Positions 15,499-33,116 of a stretch of DNA of 64,000 nucleotides are shown here, in pieces. Origin of the DNA: the human T2T-CHM13v2.0 reference genome, Homo sapiens; NCBI RefSeq assembly GCF_009914755.1, contig NC_060926.1; one strand, 5' to 3'. The notes beneath the pieces are model-generated. The model worked only from the letters and a program-made list of their open reading frames with translations. It was not told where the DNA came from and made no database searches. Position 1 is the stretch's first letter. Each line of letters starts with the position of its first letter. Position numbers and translations under genes: made by a program.

Positions 15499-16987
15499 CT
15501 CCCTCTCCCTCTCCGTCTCCCCACGGTCTCCCTCTCCCTCTCTTTCCACGGTCTCCCTCTGATGCCGAGCCGAAGCTGGACTGTACTGCTGCCATCTTGG
15601 CTCACTGCAACCTCCCTGCCTGATTCTCCTGCCTCAGCCTGCTGAGTGCCTGCGATTGCAGGCGCGTGCCGCCATGCCTGACTGCTTTTCGTGTTTTTTT
15701 GGTGGAGACGGGGTTTCGCTGTGTTGGCCGGGCTGGTCTCCAGCTCCTAACCGCGAGTGATCCGCCAGCCTCGGCCTCCCGAGGTGCCGGGATTGCAGAC
15801 GGAGTCTCGTTCACTCAGTGCTCAATGTTGCCCAGGCTGGACTGCAATGACGTGATCTCGGCTAGCTACAACCTCCACCTCCCAGCCGCCTGCCTTGGCC
15901 TCCCAAAGTGCCAAGATTGCAGCCTCTGCCCAGCTGCCACCCCGTCTGGGAAGTGAGGAGCGTCTCTGCCTGGCCGCCCATCATCTGGGATGTGAGAAGC
16001 CCCTCTGCCCAGCTGCCCAGTCTGGGAAGTGAGAAGCGCCTCTTCCCGGCCGCCATCCCGTCTAGGAAGTGAGGAGCGTCTCTGCCCGGATGCCCATCGT
16101 CTGAGATGTGGGGAGCGCCTCTGCCCCACCGCCCCGTCTGGGATGTGAGGAGCGCCTCTGCCCGGCCGCGACCCCATCTGGGAGGTGAGGAGCGTCTCTG
16201 CCCAGCCGCCCCGTCTGAGAAGTGAGGAGCCCCTCTGCCCGGCAGCCGCCCCGTCTGAGAAGTGAGGACCCCCTCCGCCCGGCAGCCGCCCCGTCCGGGA
16301 GGGAGGTGGGGGGCAGCCCCCGCCCGGCCAGCTGCCCCGTCCGGGAGGGAGGTGGGGGCCAGCCTCTGCCCGGCCGCCGCCCCGTCCGGGAGGTGGGGGG
16401 CGCCTCTGCCCGGCCGCCCTTTCTGGGAAGTGAGGAGCCCCTCTGCCCAGCCGCCACCCCGTCTGGGAGGTGTACCCAACAGCTCATTGAGAACGGGCCA
16501 TGATGACGATGGCAGTTTTGTCGAATACAAAAGGGGGAAATGTGGGGAAAAGATAGAGAAATCAGATTGTTGCTGTGTCTGTGTAGAAAGAAGTAGACAT
16601 AGGAGACTCCATTTTGTTCTGTACTAAGAAAAATTCTTCTGCCTTGGGATGCTGTTGATCTGTGACCTTACCCCCAACCCGGTGCTCTCTGAAACATGTG
16701 CTGTGTCCACTCGGTTAAATGGATTAAGGGTGGTGCAAGATGTGCTTTGTTAAACAGATGCTTGAAGGCAGCATACTCGTTAAGAGTCATCACCACTCCC
16801 TAATCTCAAGTACCCAATGACACAAACACTGCGGAAGGCCGCAGGGTCCTCTGCCTAGGAAAACCAGAGACCTTTGTTCACTTGTTTATCTGCTGACCTT
16901 CCCTCCACTATTGTCCTATGACCCTGCCAAATCCCCCTCTGGGAGAAACACCCAAGAATGATCAATAAAAACAAAAACAAAAACAAA
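15499..16987 (+). mobile_element. SVA retrotransposon (probably SVA_B/C), essentially full length
   Basis: Short CCCTCT hexamer, antisense Alu-like domain (~15560-15925), GC-rich VNTR (~15925-16470) and SINE-R (~16470-16963). AATAAA at 16964-16969, (AAAAAC)n tail, TSD aaaaactaatat at 15487-15498 and 16988-16999. Confidence 0.95.
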
Positions 16988-17172
16988 AAAAACTAATATA
17001 TATTTTCCCAAATTTTGAAATTAAGAAACATTCTTCTAAATAACTCATGAGTCCAAGAAGAAATAATAATCAATGAAGAGTTCCTTCTCAGTTTCTAGCA
17101 TATGATGATTAGAAAAGAGTTCTTAAAAAAATAGTGAAAATGTCCTAGCTTTCTTTAAATAATAATAATGAG

Positions 17173-17470
17173 GGGCTGGGCATAATGGCTCACACCTGTA
17201 ATCCCAACACTTTAAGAGGCTGAGATGGAAGGATTCCTTCAGCCCAGGAGTTTGAAACCAGCCTGGGTAACATAGGGAAATCCTATCTCTACCAAAAAAA
17301 AAAAAAAAAAAAATTACAAATTAGCTGGCTTTGGTGTCATACACCTGTGGTCCCAGCTACTTGGGAGGCTGAGGTGGGGGATTACTTAAGCCTGGGAAGT
17401 CAAGGCTGCAGTGAGCTGTGATTATGTCACTGCACTCCAGCCTGGGCAACAGAGTGAAAACCCTATCTGA
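17173..17470 (+). mobile_element. AluJ followed by a (GA)-rich microsatellite to ~17517
   Basis: Diverged Alu with an expanded middle A tract. Confidence 0.85.
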
Positions 17471-17523
17471 GAGAGAGTGAGAGAGTGAGTGAGGGTGAGG
17501 GAGAGAGAGAGAGAGACATCTCA

Positions 17524-17859
<336 letters not shown>

Positions 17860-17898
17860 CTAAGAAAATAGAAGAAAAACAGATAAGAGCAAAAATTA

Positions 17899-18208
<310 letters not shown>

Positions 18209-18342
18209 GGATCAACACAGCCAGAAGTCAGTTCTCTGTAAAAACTAATAAAATTGACCAATCTCTGGACTGAATCATTAAAATACAGAAAGAAGTCACA
18301 AACAATATCAGAAATGAATAAGAAGAAATATTAAATGCTATA

Positions 18343-18625
18343 GGGCCAGATGTGGTGACTCATGCCCATAAACCTAGCACATTAGGAAGCTGAGGGGCAA
18401 GGATCACTTGAGCCTGAGTTCAAGACCAACTTGGGCAACATAGTGAGACCCTGTCTCTACAAAAAATAAAAAGTAAAATATTAGCCAGGCTTGGTGGCAG
18501 GCACCTGTAGCTCCAGACACTTGGGAGCCCAAGGTGGGAGGATCACTTGAGCCCAGGTGGTCAAGGCTGCAGTGAGCTATAATGGTGCCTCTGCACTTCA
18601 GCATGGCTGGCAGAGTGACCCTTTC
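18343..18625 (+). mobile_element. AluJ
   Basis: Diverged dimeric Alu. Confidence 0.82.
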
Positions 18626-18748
18626 TCTTTGTCTCTATTTATTTATTTATTATTTAATTAAATGTATTTCATTTATTTCATTTATTACATATAATTTAAA
18701 ATGCTACAGACATTAAAAATAAAATACTTTTAAAATTTAAATAAAACT

Positions 18749-19040
18749 GGCTGGGCACAGTAGCTCACGCCTGTAATCCCAGCACTTTGGGAGGCCGAGG
18801 CGGGAGGATCACGAGGTCAGGAGATCAAGACCATCCTGGCTAACATGGTGAAACCTCATCTCTACTAAAAATACAAAAAATTAGCCGGGCGTGGTGGCAG
18901 GTGCCTGTAGTCCTAGCTACTCGGGAGGCTGAGGCAGGAGAATGGCATGAACCCAGGAGGCGGAGCTTGTAGTGAGCAGAGATTGAGCCTGGGCGACAGA
19001 GCGAGACTCCGTCTCAAAAAAAAAAAAAAAAAAAAAAAAA
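18749..19040 (+). mobile_element. AluY with a small right-arm deletion
   Basis: AluY diagnostics ccatcctggctaac and ggagcttg; gagattgagcctggg lacks the ccactgcactcc segment. Confidence 0.87.
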
Positions 19041-19098
19041 TTAATGAAACTGAAAAATTCCTAGAAAACTTAAAATTTAACAAAACTGAACCAAGAAG

Positions 19099-19213
19099 AT
19101 TTTTTTTTTTTTTTGAGATGGAGTTTTGCTCTTGTTGCCCAGGTTGGAGTGCAATGGTGTGATCTCGGCTTCCCAAAGTGCTGGGATTACAGGCGTGAGC
19201 CACCATGCCCGAC
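19099..19213 (-). mobile_element. Alu with a large internal deletion
   Basis: The right-arm end (gatctcggct) is joined directly to the left-arm start (tcccaaagtgctggg). Confidence 0.75.
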
Positions 19214-19338
19214 CAGAAGGAATTCTTAAAACCTGAAAATCTGAAGAACTAAAAGAAAAAAAGAAGCAAAATGAAGAAAGCCTCAGAGACCTGTGTAGCA
19301 CCATCAAGCATACCAATGTATGTATAATTGGAATTTCA

Positions 19339-19716
<378 letters not shown>

Positions 19717-20050
19717 TTAGGCACATAATATTCAAAAAGAGGAATTTTTGAAAGCAGCAAAAGAAAGATGACTTACCATATATAAGGGAACAACAATATG
19801 ATCAACAGTTGATTTCTCATCAGAAACCATGGATGCCGTAAGGCAGGAAGATGACATATTCAAAGCTGAAAGGAAAAAAAAAAAACAACCTGTCAGTCAA
19901 GAATTCTATGTCCAGCAAAATTATTCTTCAAAAATGAAGCTAAAATAATGACATTATTAAACAAATGACTGACGGTATTTGTTGCTAGACAACCTACCTT
20001 GCAAGAAATTATTAAAGGAAGTCCTATTATCTAAAAAGAAATAGCAGTAG

Positions 20051-20425
20051 TGTTTTAGACCATTTTATGCTGCCATAACAGAATACCACAGATTGGGTAG
20101 TTTATAATTAACAGATATTTGGCTCACAGTTCTGGAGGCAGGGAAGTCCAAGAGCATGGTGCTGGCATCTGGCAAGGACCTTTGTGCTCCATCATCCCTT
20201 GGTGGAGGGCAAGACGGGTGAGAGCAAGAAGGGCCAAACCGACTTTTATAACAAACCCACTCTTGTGATAACCAACCAACTACTGAGACAAATATGTTAA
20301 TCCACTCATGAGGGCAGAGCCCTCATGACCTAATCACCTCTTAGAGGTCCCACTTTTTAACATGGTTGCATTTGGGATTAAATTTTCAACACATGAAGCT
20401 TGTTGGATACATTCAAACCATAGCA
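20051..20425 (-). mobile_element. ERVL-MaLR solo LTR (MST-like)
   Basis: TG...CA termini; gctgccataacagaataccacagattgggt...ggctcacagttctggaggc...caaaccatagca. Confidence 0.8.
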
Positions 20426-21023
20426 GATGGTAACTCGAATTCACATGAATGAAAAACACCTATAAAGGCAATATATAGGTAAATATAAGACTACACATAT
20501 ATTTTTTATCTTGATTTAAAATACAACTGCAAGGAACAGTAACTATAAAACTTTACTGTGTGGTTACAATATATACAAATGTAATATATATGACAATAGC
20601 AAAAGGAGGGAAAGAAATGGAACTATATTAGAGCTATGTTTTTATATTTTACTGGAACTTACTGGAATATATTTTCCAGAATTAATATGAATCAGTACAT
20701 TGTGATAAATTAAGACATATATTTTAACCCCTAGATAAATCACTAAGAAAATAACTCCAAAAAATAGTTAAAACAAAAAACTTATAATAGAACACTATAA
20801 AATATGTATTTTTAACACAAAAGAAAGCAGTAAAGGAGAAAGAAAGGAACAAGAAAAAAAAAGAAGAGACATAGAAAATAAAACCCAATTATCAAAACCA
20901 GTGAGTTCAGCAAGGTTGTAAGATACAAAATCAACATACAAAAATCAGCTGTTTCTCTGTATAACAATGAATAATCTGAAAATGAAGAAAATTACATTAA
21001 TAAAAACATCATAAATATTTAAG

Positions 21024-21384
<361 letters not shown>

Positions 21385-21808
21385 TTAAAGATCTAATTAG
21401 AGATCCCCAGTGTGTGGATTGGAAAACTAAGGATTGTTAAGATGGCAGTTCTTCCCAAATTGATCTATAAATTCAGCAAAATCCCTATCAAAAAAAGAAC
21501 AGCTGGTTTTTTTGAAGAAATTGACAAGCTAATCCTAAAGTTTATATGGAAATACAAAAGATCCAACATAAGCACAACAGTTTTGAAAAAGAACAAAGTT
21601 AGAGGATTTACACTTCCCTATTTCAAAACTTAATGTGAAGCTACAATAATCAAGATTGTGATACTGGCATAAGTATAGTGATATAGATTAATGGAACAGA
21701 AATGAGGGTCTACAAATAAACTCTTACAGGTATTGTCAATTTATTGTTGATTAAAGAACACCAAGGCAATTCACTGAGGAAAGGATTGCCTTTCAAGAAT
21801 GGTGCTGA

Positions 21809-21950
21809 GGTTGGACATAGTGGCTCACACCTGTAATCCCAGCACCTTGGGAGGCCAAGGCAGGAGGATTGCTTGAGGCCAGGAATTTGAGACCAGCCTG
21901 GGCAACATAGTAAGACCTCATCTCCACAAAAAGTAAAAATAAAATAAAAA
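21809..21950 (+). mobile_element. FLAM/Alu left monomer
   Basis: Single-arm Alu with an A-rich tail. Confidence 0.75.
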
Positions 21951-24900
21951 TAGTAATTAGACAATCGGATATTCACATACAGAATATGAATTTAAATCCT
22001 TACTTCATACCATATACAAAAATTAACTCAAAATAATCATAGACCTAAATGTAATAACTAAAATACTAAACTTTTCAAGGAAAACAGAAAATCTTCATGA
22101 CCTTAGTTTAACCAGTTTTTAGATGACACCAAAAACAGGAAATTGAACTTAATAAAAATGTTAAGCTTTTGTGCTTCAAAAGACACCAATAAGAAAACAG
22201 ACTGGGAGAAAATATTTGCAAATCTGATATAGGACTCACATCCAGAACATATAAATAACTACTTCAACTCAATAATAAAAAGACAAACTCCAATTAAAAA
22301 ATAGATAAAAGATTTGAAGAAACATAGATGTCTATAAGCACATGAAAAAATGCTCGACATTAGTTATTAGGGAAATGCAATTAAAACCACAATGTGGTAT
22401 CACTTCACACCCACTGAATAGCTATAATAAGATAGTCAATAATTAAGTATTGGTAAGGATGTGAAGAAACTGTAACACTCATCCATTACTGGTGGGAGTA
22501 TAAAGTGATACATTTTACATTTTGGAGCATGATATCAATACACTAAAATTTTATTGTGGTGATGGTTATGTAGCTCTGTAAATACTTCAGTAAAGCTGTC
22601 AGAAAGAAAACTGTACTGCTAGACTAACTTCCACTTTATTGTACTGGAACACGTCAGACGATACCAGGAGGAAGCAATCAGATAAATAATGTGAGACATT
22701 CTGTAAGACAACTGGCTTCCAATGTTATGAAAAAACTGAATTATATTCCCACATACCAGAAATGACATTTCCAAAAAAGATATTTATAATGGCATCCAAA
22801 TATATGATGTACCTAGGAATATATGTAACAAAAGATTTACAAGACCTTCTTGGTGATTAATAAAATTTTATTAAGACATTAAAAGGACTTAGCAATATAT
22901 CATGTTCATGGATTGAAAGGCCCACTATGATATAAATTCTCCCAAAATAGCTTATAGATTCATCGCAACTCCAATCAAATTTTCAATGTGTTCGGCTTTT
23001 TTTAGTGAAACGTGATAAGCTATTTCTAAAATATATAAAGAAGAGCAGAGAACCAAGAAGAGCCACAAGCTGTTGATGAATAACAAGGATGTGAAAGGAC
23101 TTTGATATTATATATCAAAAATTTTTTTGAAGATCATGAAGTAATGAAGAGAGTGTACATTAGCACAGGAAAAAAACCAATATAATAAAGAGCCCATAAA
23201 AGATCTTTGCATATATTGACAATATACAACAGAAAAGGCACTTCAAAGCAATAGGAAAAGGAAGGTTTTTTGTTTTTGTTTTTTTTCAATAAACAGTGCT
23301 GGCACAACAGACTAGCCCTATAGCAGCAAAAAAATTACCTCATACTATATGTTGAAGATTGTTCCAAGTGGGATGAAACCAAAATGTGAGAGGCAAAACT
23401 ACAAAGCATGTAACAAGAGAATATTAACTATATTTTTAACATAACCATAAAAAAAACCGAGCTAACCATAAAGGAAAACTATTATTTGAAGATATTAAAA
23501 TTAAAATGTTACTATATTTATAAACATTGTGAAAAGACAAACCACAAAGTGGGAAAAGATTCTGCAACACAACTCATAAAGGAGTAGTAGCCAGAATATA
23601 TAAAGAACCACCTGCAAATTCATGAGAAAAATGGGAGAACTTTAACACACTTCATTCACCAAAGATGAAATCCAAATGGTCAAAAAATATATGAAATGTG
23701 ATCAGCCTCATGAACACCTTTCATATTTTTTTTCCATATAAGGAAAATGGTCATTTAAACTACAATATGATACCATTATACATCTACCAGACTGGGGGGC
23801 TGGGGAAAAGCCAATACACCCTGGGAAGAATGTAAATCAGTATGAGAATCTTCGGGAAACAGTTGGCATGATCTAGGTTCCACTCTTATGTATATGTCCT
23901 TTTAAAGATGCAAACTCCAGAAGACATGTTCAAAATATCCATAGAAGCACTGTTTGAAATATCCCCAAAGTGGAAAAAATCCAAATTGTCCATCAAGAGT
24001 AAAATGAAAAAAGTATATGTAATGTAATACATTCATACAATGGAATAAACACACTATGGCTACATACAATGATAAGGATGAATCTCATAATGCTTAGCAA
24101 AAGAAACCAGTCTCAAAAGTGTACAGTATAATTTGATTCATATAAATTCCAAAAATAGAAACTAAATATGGTCTTTAGAGACATATACATGGGTGGTAAA
24201 ACTATGAAGAAAAGCAAAGCAAAGAGTAGGGATGATGTTAAAGTGGACAGAGGGTTGTGTTAGGGAGGGACATATATGGAGCTTTTGAGGTACTGGAGAT
24301 GTTCTATTTCTTGACCCGGTGGTCATATGGTATGCACATTATGATATGTTAAAAAATATATATGTATGTGTGTACATATCTGTTGTGGACATGCATACAT
24401 ATGTTTCATGTACTTTGTCCATATTCCACAATAAGAAAATATACAAATGACCAGTAAATATGAAAAGACATTCAATCTCACTAGTAATTAGAAAAATAAA
24501 ATAACCATGATCAGCTATCATGATTTGCTGAAAATGTAAAAGACTGATAATATCCCTCTTTGCTGAGGTTGCAAAGAAATAGGCATTCTCATATGCTGTC
24601 AAAGGAAAGTAAATTAATAACTCTTTTTGAAGAACAATGTGGCAATATGTATAAAAACATAAAGCTTGTCTTAAAAGTTTTCAATTGCAATTCCAAATAT
24701 CTATCCTAATGAAATTCACATGCACTAAAGATATGTGTACAAAGATGTCTGCCATTCACTACAGCATTGTTTGCAGTAGTGAAAAAAATGAATAAATATC
24801 AATAAGGGAAGATTTATGAAAAGTATTATAACCCATACAATGAAATACTATGCAGCCATTAAAAATAAAACTTTATAAACTGACATGGAAAGATATCCAA

Positions 24901-25836
24901 AACACATTAAGTGAACAAAAGCAAGACACAGAATAACACACACATAACATAATCCTGTTTCTAAAATATAAATATGTACATATATTTCTATAGAGTTATG
25001 AAAAACAGACTACATATTCATGCTGTAACCTGTTAGCAGTGATTACCTCTGGGCCAGGAAGTGGTGGAGGTAGAAGGAGGGTAAGCGGGACACTTTCCCA
25101 TCTCACTCTAGATACATACATAGGATTCTTTTGTAATCACATATCCATGGACTACTTATATATTTCTAACAAGTGGTAGTAGCAAAACAACTGTATTATT
25201 ATTTGTTCCACTCCCATGAGACCAATCTAATACATTTGAAAATAACTTGCTTTCAAAGCTAATTCTTTTGTTCCTGGAGGGCCTCCAGGGAGCCTACAGT
25301 TGCAGTCACAGGGCTGTCAGCCATCAATCGAGGAGCACTGTGCAGGATACTAAGTAACTTGGTCTGTCTCCAGGCTCGCCTCTTGAAAATATTTGCATAC
25401 ATTCTCATATCCCAGCTTACTGGCAGTAGCAATAATGTCTTCCCAGAGCACTTTGGTAAGGTAAATAAATTCTGATACTGCACATCAAATCACATCCATA
25501 TCAAAGTGTAGATGTGGCTGTCAAGATCTATGTTTAGATCCAAATTAGTAATCACGCCCTTGATGAGTGACTTTTAGAACAGTTTGCATTTGGATTCCAA
25601 AGTAAGAACCTAGACCCCACTAAATCACCATATAGAGCTTTTCTTCTCTTTCTTCTTCCCTCCCTTCACTCTGTGCTAGCCCTTTCTAAAACTAATTTTT
25701 CTGTTTTCTATAAAGGTGGAAGAAAGGGCGAACCCGATCATGAGTTATTTGCAATCAGTAGTCAATCAGAACAAAAAGTATTATCAGTATATTTACAAAG
25801 AAAAATCCAACTACATGTATACATTTTGGTGTGCAT

Positions 25837-25842
25837 TTTATT
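25837..25842 (-). terminator. Candidate distal polyadenylation signal
   Basis: AATAAA on the minus strand followed by a GU/U-rich tract (tgtagttggatttttctttgt). Confidence 0.45.
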
Positions 25843-26192
25843 TTTGACTGGAATCATATCCATATGAAGGGAAATTGTGAAAGTATCCTTTACTCTTTTG
25901 AAAGCTTGGCCTTTGCCTTACTGTGTCAAAGGAAAGCAAAACTAAGCCAGTAATGATGGAGATGTCCCTGTTTCCATATGCACACTGACAGGCGAGGAGC
26001 TGCCTAGGAAATGCTTTTTGATTGATGAACAGAGGAGGGTCTACACACATTAAATACAAATGGAAACACATCAGCACACACAAGTCATTAGCCTGGTCCT
26101 CTGGCATCCACTGGCATGCATCTTTCCAAAGTATCACTTATTCAGTGGTAGCAGCACTATGTCTCGTTATGCCTTTTATCAGCAAATACCTT

Positions 26193-26299
26193 TTTATTCC
26201 AGAATGGAAAACAAACTAGGAATTAAATACATCCAATATTGATGCTTTATTTCCATAAGTCACCAATAAGAGAATGAATTTAATTTTAATACATTTATT
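26193..26299 (-). terminator. Cluster of polyadenylation signals
   Basis: AATAAA on the minus strand at 26294-26299, 26246-26251 and 26193-26198, plus ATTAAA at 26285-26290. U/GU-rich sequence lies downstream. Confidence 0.7.
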
Positions 26300-26723
26300 T
26301 TTGTGTGATTCTTAATAAAACACTTTCAAAACATTCTGTACATTTCAAGCCACTCAGAACCGCATTACATTTCTACAAATGTGATTTGTTGGGATGAGGT
26401 GCCAAGATGTCTCTGTACAAAGATGTACAATATGTACAATCACTGTAAGTGCAAGCTGTGCAAAGCAGAGTCTAGAACACTAATTCATGCCAAGGCTTAC
26501 AAAAACATTTCAACACATAAGACTAAAGCTTGAAACAGCGTTGTGGTTTTTTCCCTGGGCAAATGATTATTTTATAAACAAGTATATGTATATGTCATAC
26601 AGAAAGAAGAGTTTGACTCCTCAGCTCAGTCAGTACCATGCAGCTGACTGGATACATTACAGGGCTGCTCTCCTAGGCCTCTTTCTTCAAGGCGCCATTT
26701 TGCCACACTCAACAGTTGTCTCA
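26230..26723 (-). other. SLC25A12: SLC25A12 3' UTR (proximal part; may extend further towards ~24.9-25.8 kb)
   Basis: Repeat-free AU-rich sequence after the stop codon, leading to clustered poly(A) signals. Confidence 0.75.
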
Positions 26724-27065
<342 letters not shown>

Positions 27066-27254
27066 CTAGAAACCACAGTCATGATTTATAGCTGCTTTGA
27101 CAGCAACTTATCTACATATTTGATTTACAAGAGAAATGGCCTTATTTCCAATGCTTGCATACATATATAAACAAATCCATAGGAAAAAAGTCAGAAGAAA
27201 AGACACTCAAATATGAAGACTCTCTGGGTAGTAAGATTATGGATGATTTTTTTC

Positions 27255-27380
27255 TTTTTTCTTCTTGTAAAGATGGGGTCTTGCTATGTTGCCAAAGCTG
27301 GTTTCGAACTTCTGGTCTAAGGAATCCTTCTGCCTTGGCCTCCCAGAGCACTGGGAGGTGTGAGCCACCACACCCAGGCT
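27255..27380 (-). mobile_element. FLAM/Alu monomer
   Basis: gatggggtcttgctatgttgcc...gagccaccacacccagg. Confidence 0.7.
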
Positions 27381-27543
27381 GGTTTTTTTCTTTTATGCTT
27401 TATGGTTTTCCAAATTTTCTGCACTTAGCACATATGAAAGTAATTTTTAAAGTATATATTTTTCTTTTGACATAACTTTAGAAGTTAACTTTTTATGTAG
27501 TAGACTCATAAAGATTATCAATTAAATTATTTAAAGAGAGATA

Positions 27544-27919
<376 letters not shown>

Positions 27920-28507
27920 TCACATTTCTACAATGCAACTGTAAGACTGCTGTTCTCACTTTTTTTGCATAGGTCCCTCCACTTGGTTCAGCAGCTGATT
28001 CCCTATATGGCCTTTGGGCACAGAGGAGTTCACAGGTTTCTGATGTGAGGACTCAGGAATGGTACTTGGTCTTCTGCTGAAAAGCTAATAATTGCTTGCT
28101 TTGGGTACAACTTCCCCACCCAGAAAATTCAACTTGTAATTCTTCTTCTCAGTGCAAGCTTCAAGTGGTAAGCTTTTAGAAGCCCAATTTCTGGCCTACA
28201 GCTCACTAGTGATTATATCCATGGGCAAAATCTCTCTTCAAACCTATTGGTTTTTCCAGTAAATTAGCTTCAAGAACATCTGCACCTAACTAATAATAAA
28301 TTGTGGTGAATAATGAAATATCAGAGATGCAAAAGGGCTTGGGACTTTGAAAGAAAATGCACAAAAGTGTTACTGGTATACATTTACATTACTTCTGTGA
28401 AAGGGCCATATAATAAAATCCACATAATGAGAACGCCATGAAGTTCAGTATTTGCTTATGTGAAAAAAGACAATTATTTACACAGCATTTTAATCTGCTG
28501 CCTCCTG

Positions 28508-28780
28508 GCTAGGCACGGTAGCTCATGTCTGTAATCCCAGCACTTTGGGAGGCCAAGGCTGGTGGAGTTCGAGACCAGCCTGGGCAACACAGTGAGATCC
28601 CATCTCTATAAAAAAGTACAAAAATTAGCTGGGTGTGGTGGCATGCCTCTGTGGTCCCAGCTACTCAGGAGGCTGAGGTGGGAGGATCGCTTGAGCCCGG
28701 GAGGTTGAGGCTACGGTGAGCCAAGAACATGCCACTGCACTCCAGCCTGGGCAACAGAGGATATCCTGTCTTTTTAAAAA
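28508..28780 (+). mobile_element. AluJ with a left-arm deletion
   Basis: Diverged Alu; ggccaaggctggtggagttcgagacc lacks the ggatcacttgag segment. Confidence 0.8.
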
Positions 28781-29018
28781 AAATTTGCTGCTTCCCTAAA
28801 ATCCCCCAAATAGCTGCTTAATATTATGTACGATGTCACTCTGTCAAGTTTTACTTGCTTAACACAAATGCTTCTTAAGCTCACTGTTTTAAATGCATTG
28901 GTCTTAAAGGTTCTGTCTTATCAGTTTTCTAAGAGTTGCAACAATGCTTTTGTAGACAGAACAAACATTTGTTTTGGACTTAGTGATTTCTTTGTAAAGG
29001 AGTTGAGCAGCTGACTTA

Positions 29019-29421
<403 letters not shown>

Positions 29422-30576
29422 TTATCTAGAGTACCTTATAAAAGATAGGAATACTGCTAACATCTACTATAGAGCCTGCAACTTCAACCACTTGAGCGGA
29501 ACTCAAAACTCTTTACATAGATGTCTGGCCATTAATGGGAAAAGGGCATAGAAGCCTATTAGCTGTTGCAGTGTGATCAGGGGAAAATTATTATTATTTT
29601 TTCCTGAATTAAAAAAAAAATCACTCTACATTGCATGATCCCAAATAACTGTGAGAGAGAAAAAAAAAGTAGCAATATTAATAAGACAATTCCCAAGCGT
29701 TCCCTTTCAGTTTCAATTATTTTACCTCCTTTTTTTCTTAAATAAGATACAAGTATTTTTATGTATAAAAAAATGATAATGTCATCTTAGTGAGTCACTA
29801 AATGTATCTGACACCAAACTACTGTTTTTGCTGATTCTTGTCGTAGTGTGGGAAGTGAATATCAATACTTATAATCACTCGCTTGTTTGAAGGGCTACCT
29901 TGAGAGTTGACTGTGACTCCTTTCAGACATGCTTACATGACAAAAGTCATTACAACTGGAGCAAGAGGTGGCCAGGCAGCCAGTTAAGAAACAACAGGGG
30001 AGCTGGTCAGGGAAAGGCCCCTGTGCCCGAGCTCCCTGGGGTCATGTTGAGATTGATCAGCAGCAGGACACAAAAGATGGATTTCACAACCACACCTTTT
30101 ACTTATAAAACAAAACAGAGAGCAAAGGAGCAAAATAATCTTCCCCGGGGGAAGAAATTCAATTTGGCCTGAATATCACTGTATCCTCACTAGGCGGATG
30201 GAGTTGGCAGCCTTGTACGAGGTTCTGCTAGGGAATAATGCAAATACTTCCCCTTGGCATGGCCTTGCACCCTATTCAGATGAAACTAGGTAAACTTCCT
30301 GCCTTTGGAGGCAGACTTCTGAATGTTCTCAGTTCCTGCTAGCAAAGCTTGACTGGTAAAAATTAGAAAAAATAATCTCATTCTGAAAACTGACATCAAA
30401 TGTCTATGGGGAAGAAGTCGGTGCTGACAGTTCCATGGAAATATTTACTTGGTTCAACCACTTGCAAACACCTGTCCACAATTAGACTCTTCTTCTCTGG
30501 CTGTTTTTCATTGTTGATTGGAAAGCACAAGGAAAAGCCTGGAAGGCAAATGCTGCCCCCATTTAAAAGTAGGAGA

Positions 30577-31905
<1,329 letters not shown>

Positions 31906-32161
31906 AGAAGGAAGCATCTTAGTACCTCCCTGCTCTTACAAGGCTCCTCTTTCAAATGAAATCTCTTCTGTGCCTAATTTGGTATCTTAGACGACATGAA
32001 GGTTTTCATTCATGTTATTGACATTTATTGAGCACCTATTACTATTACACTGGCCACGTAGGAAAGGCAAGGATGAAGAGAATGAAACTCTTGCCCTCAA
32101 GAAGCTATTAGCCTAGTACAGAGGATAACAATTATGCAAATAACTATTAATAAAAGACAAA

Positions 32162-32328
32162 TTTTTTTTTTTTTGAGACAAGCTCTCACTCTGTCACCCA
32201 GGCTGGAGTACAGTGGTGTCATCTCGGCTCACCGCAGCCTTGACCTCCCAGGCTCAGGTGATCCTCCCACCTCAGCCTCCCGGGTAGCTGGCTGGGACTA
32301 CAGGCACGCACCACTACACCTGGCTAAT
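32162..32328 (-). mobile_element. Alu right monomer (FRAM/AluJ fragment)
   Basis: Poly(T) followed by the right arm only. Confidence 0.75.
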
Positions 32329-32876
32329 GACAAAGTGTTAACGATTAGAAAAAATACAAAAATTGAGTTCAAGGTGGTTTGCTGAGGGGTACTGCTTACT
32401 TTGGTCTAATGAGGGCAATGGTAGGAAGAAGAGGGACAGCTTCACAACAAAAGCTCAATTTTCGGCCAAATCATGTAGATTCCAATATACAGAAGAGAGA
32501 AAGTAAGAGCATGCTAGATCTGTGCATGAGCATGAGATACAGCTAAGCAACTGATATGAGGAAAAACTTTCCCACCTTAATGCTTAGCTTGGCTGTACTC
32601 AAGGTTTCAGGGGCACAGGAAACTAAGAAACATGTTAATGATGAAAGCCCAATTTAGATGGGCAGATCTAATTTGGCTCTGAGTTGCTAAGCTGCATTAA
32701 GCTGTTTATCCACATTATGCAAATGTAATTAACTCTCATCAGAATTACAGCACATCCCACAAAGGAGAAAAAGTGATATTTAAACTAAGTCAGGTACAAA
32801 CAATAATACTTCCAGAAATAAAGGGGGAAAGTACATAGAGATTCTGTACTTTTTAAATAATGGGAGAATTCTTTCA

Positions 32877-33041
<165 letters not shown>

Positions 33042-33116
33042 TCACACAGTGAGGAAATAGTGCAAAACAGTGTGAAACTGAGTGTGAATGCCCAAATGGG
33101 ATCCATGTGACATTTG

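Noticed and set aside
15602-16627. Several long overlapping ORFs (up to 222 aa) on both strands
   Set aside because: They are products of the GC-rich SVA Alu-like and VNTR domains, not genes.
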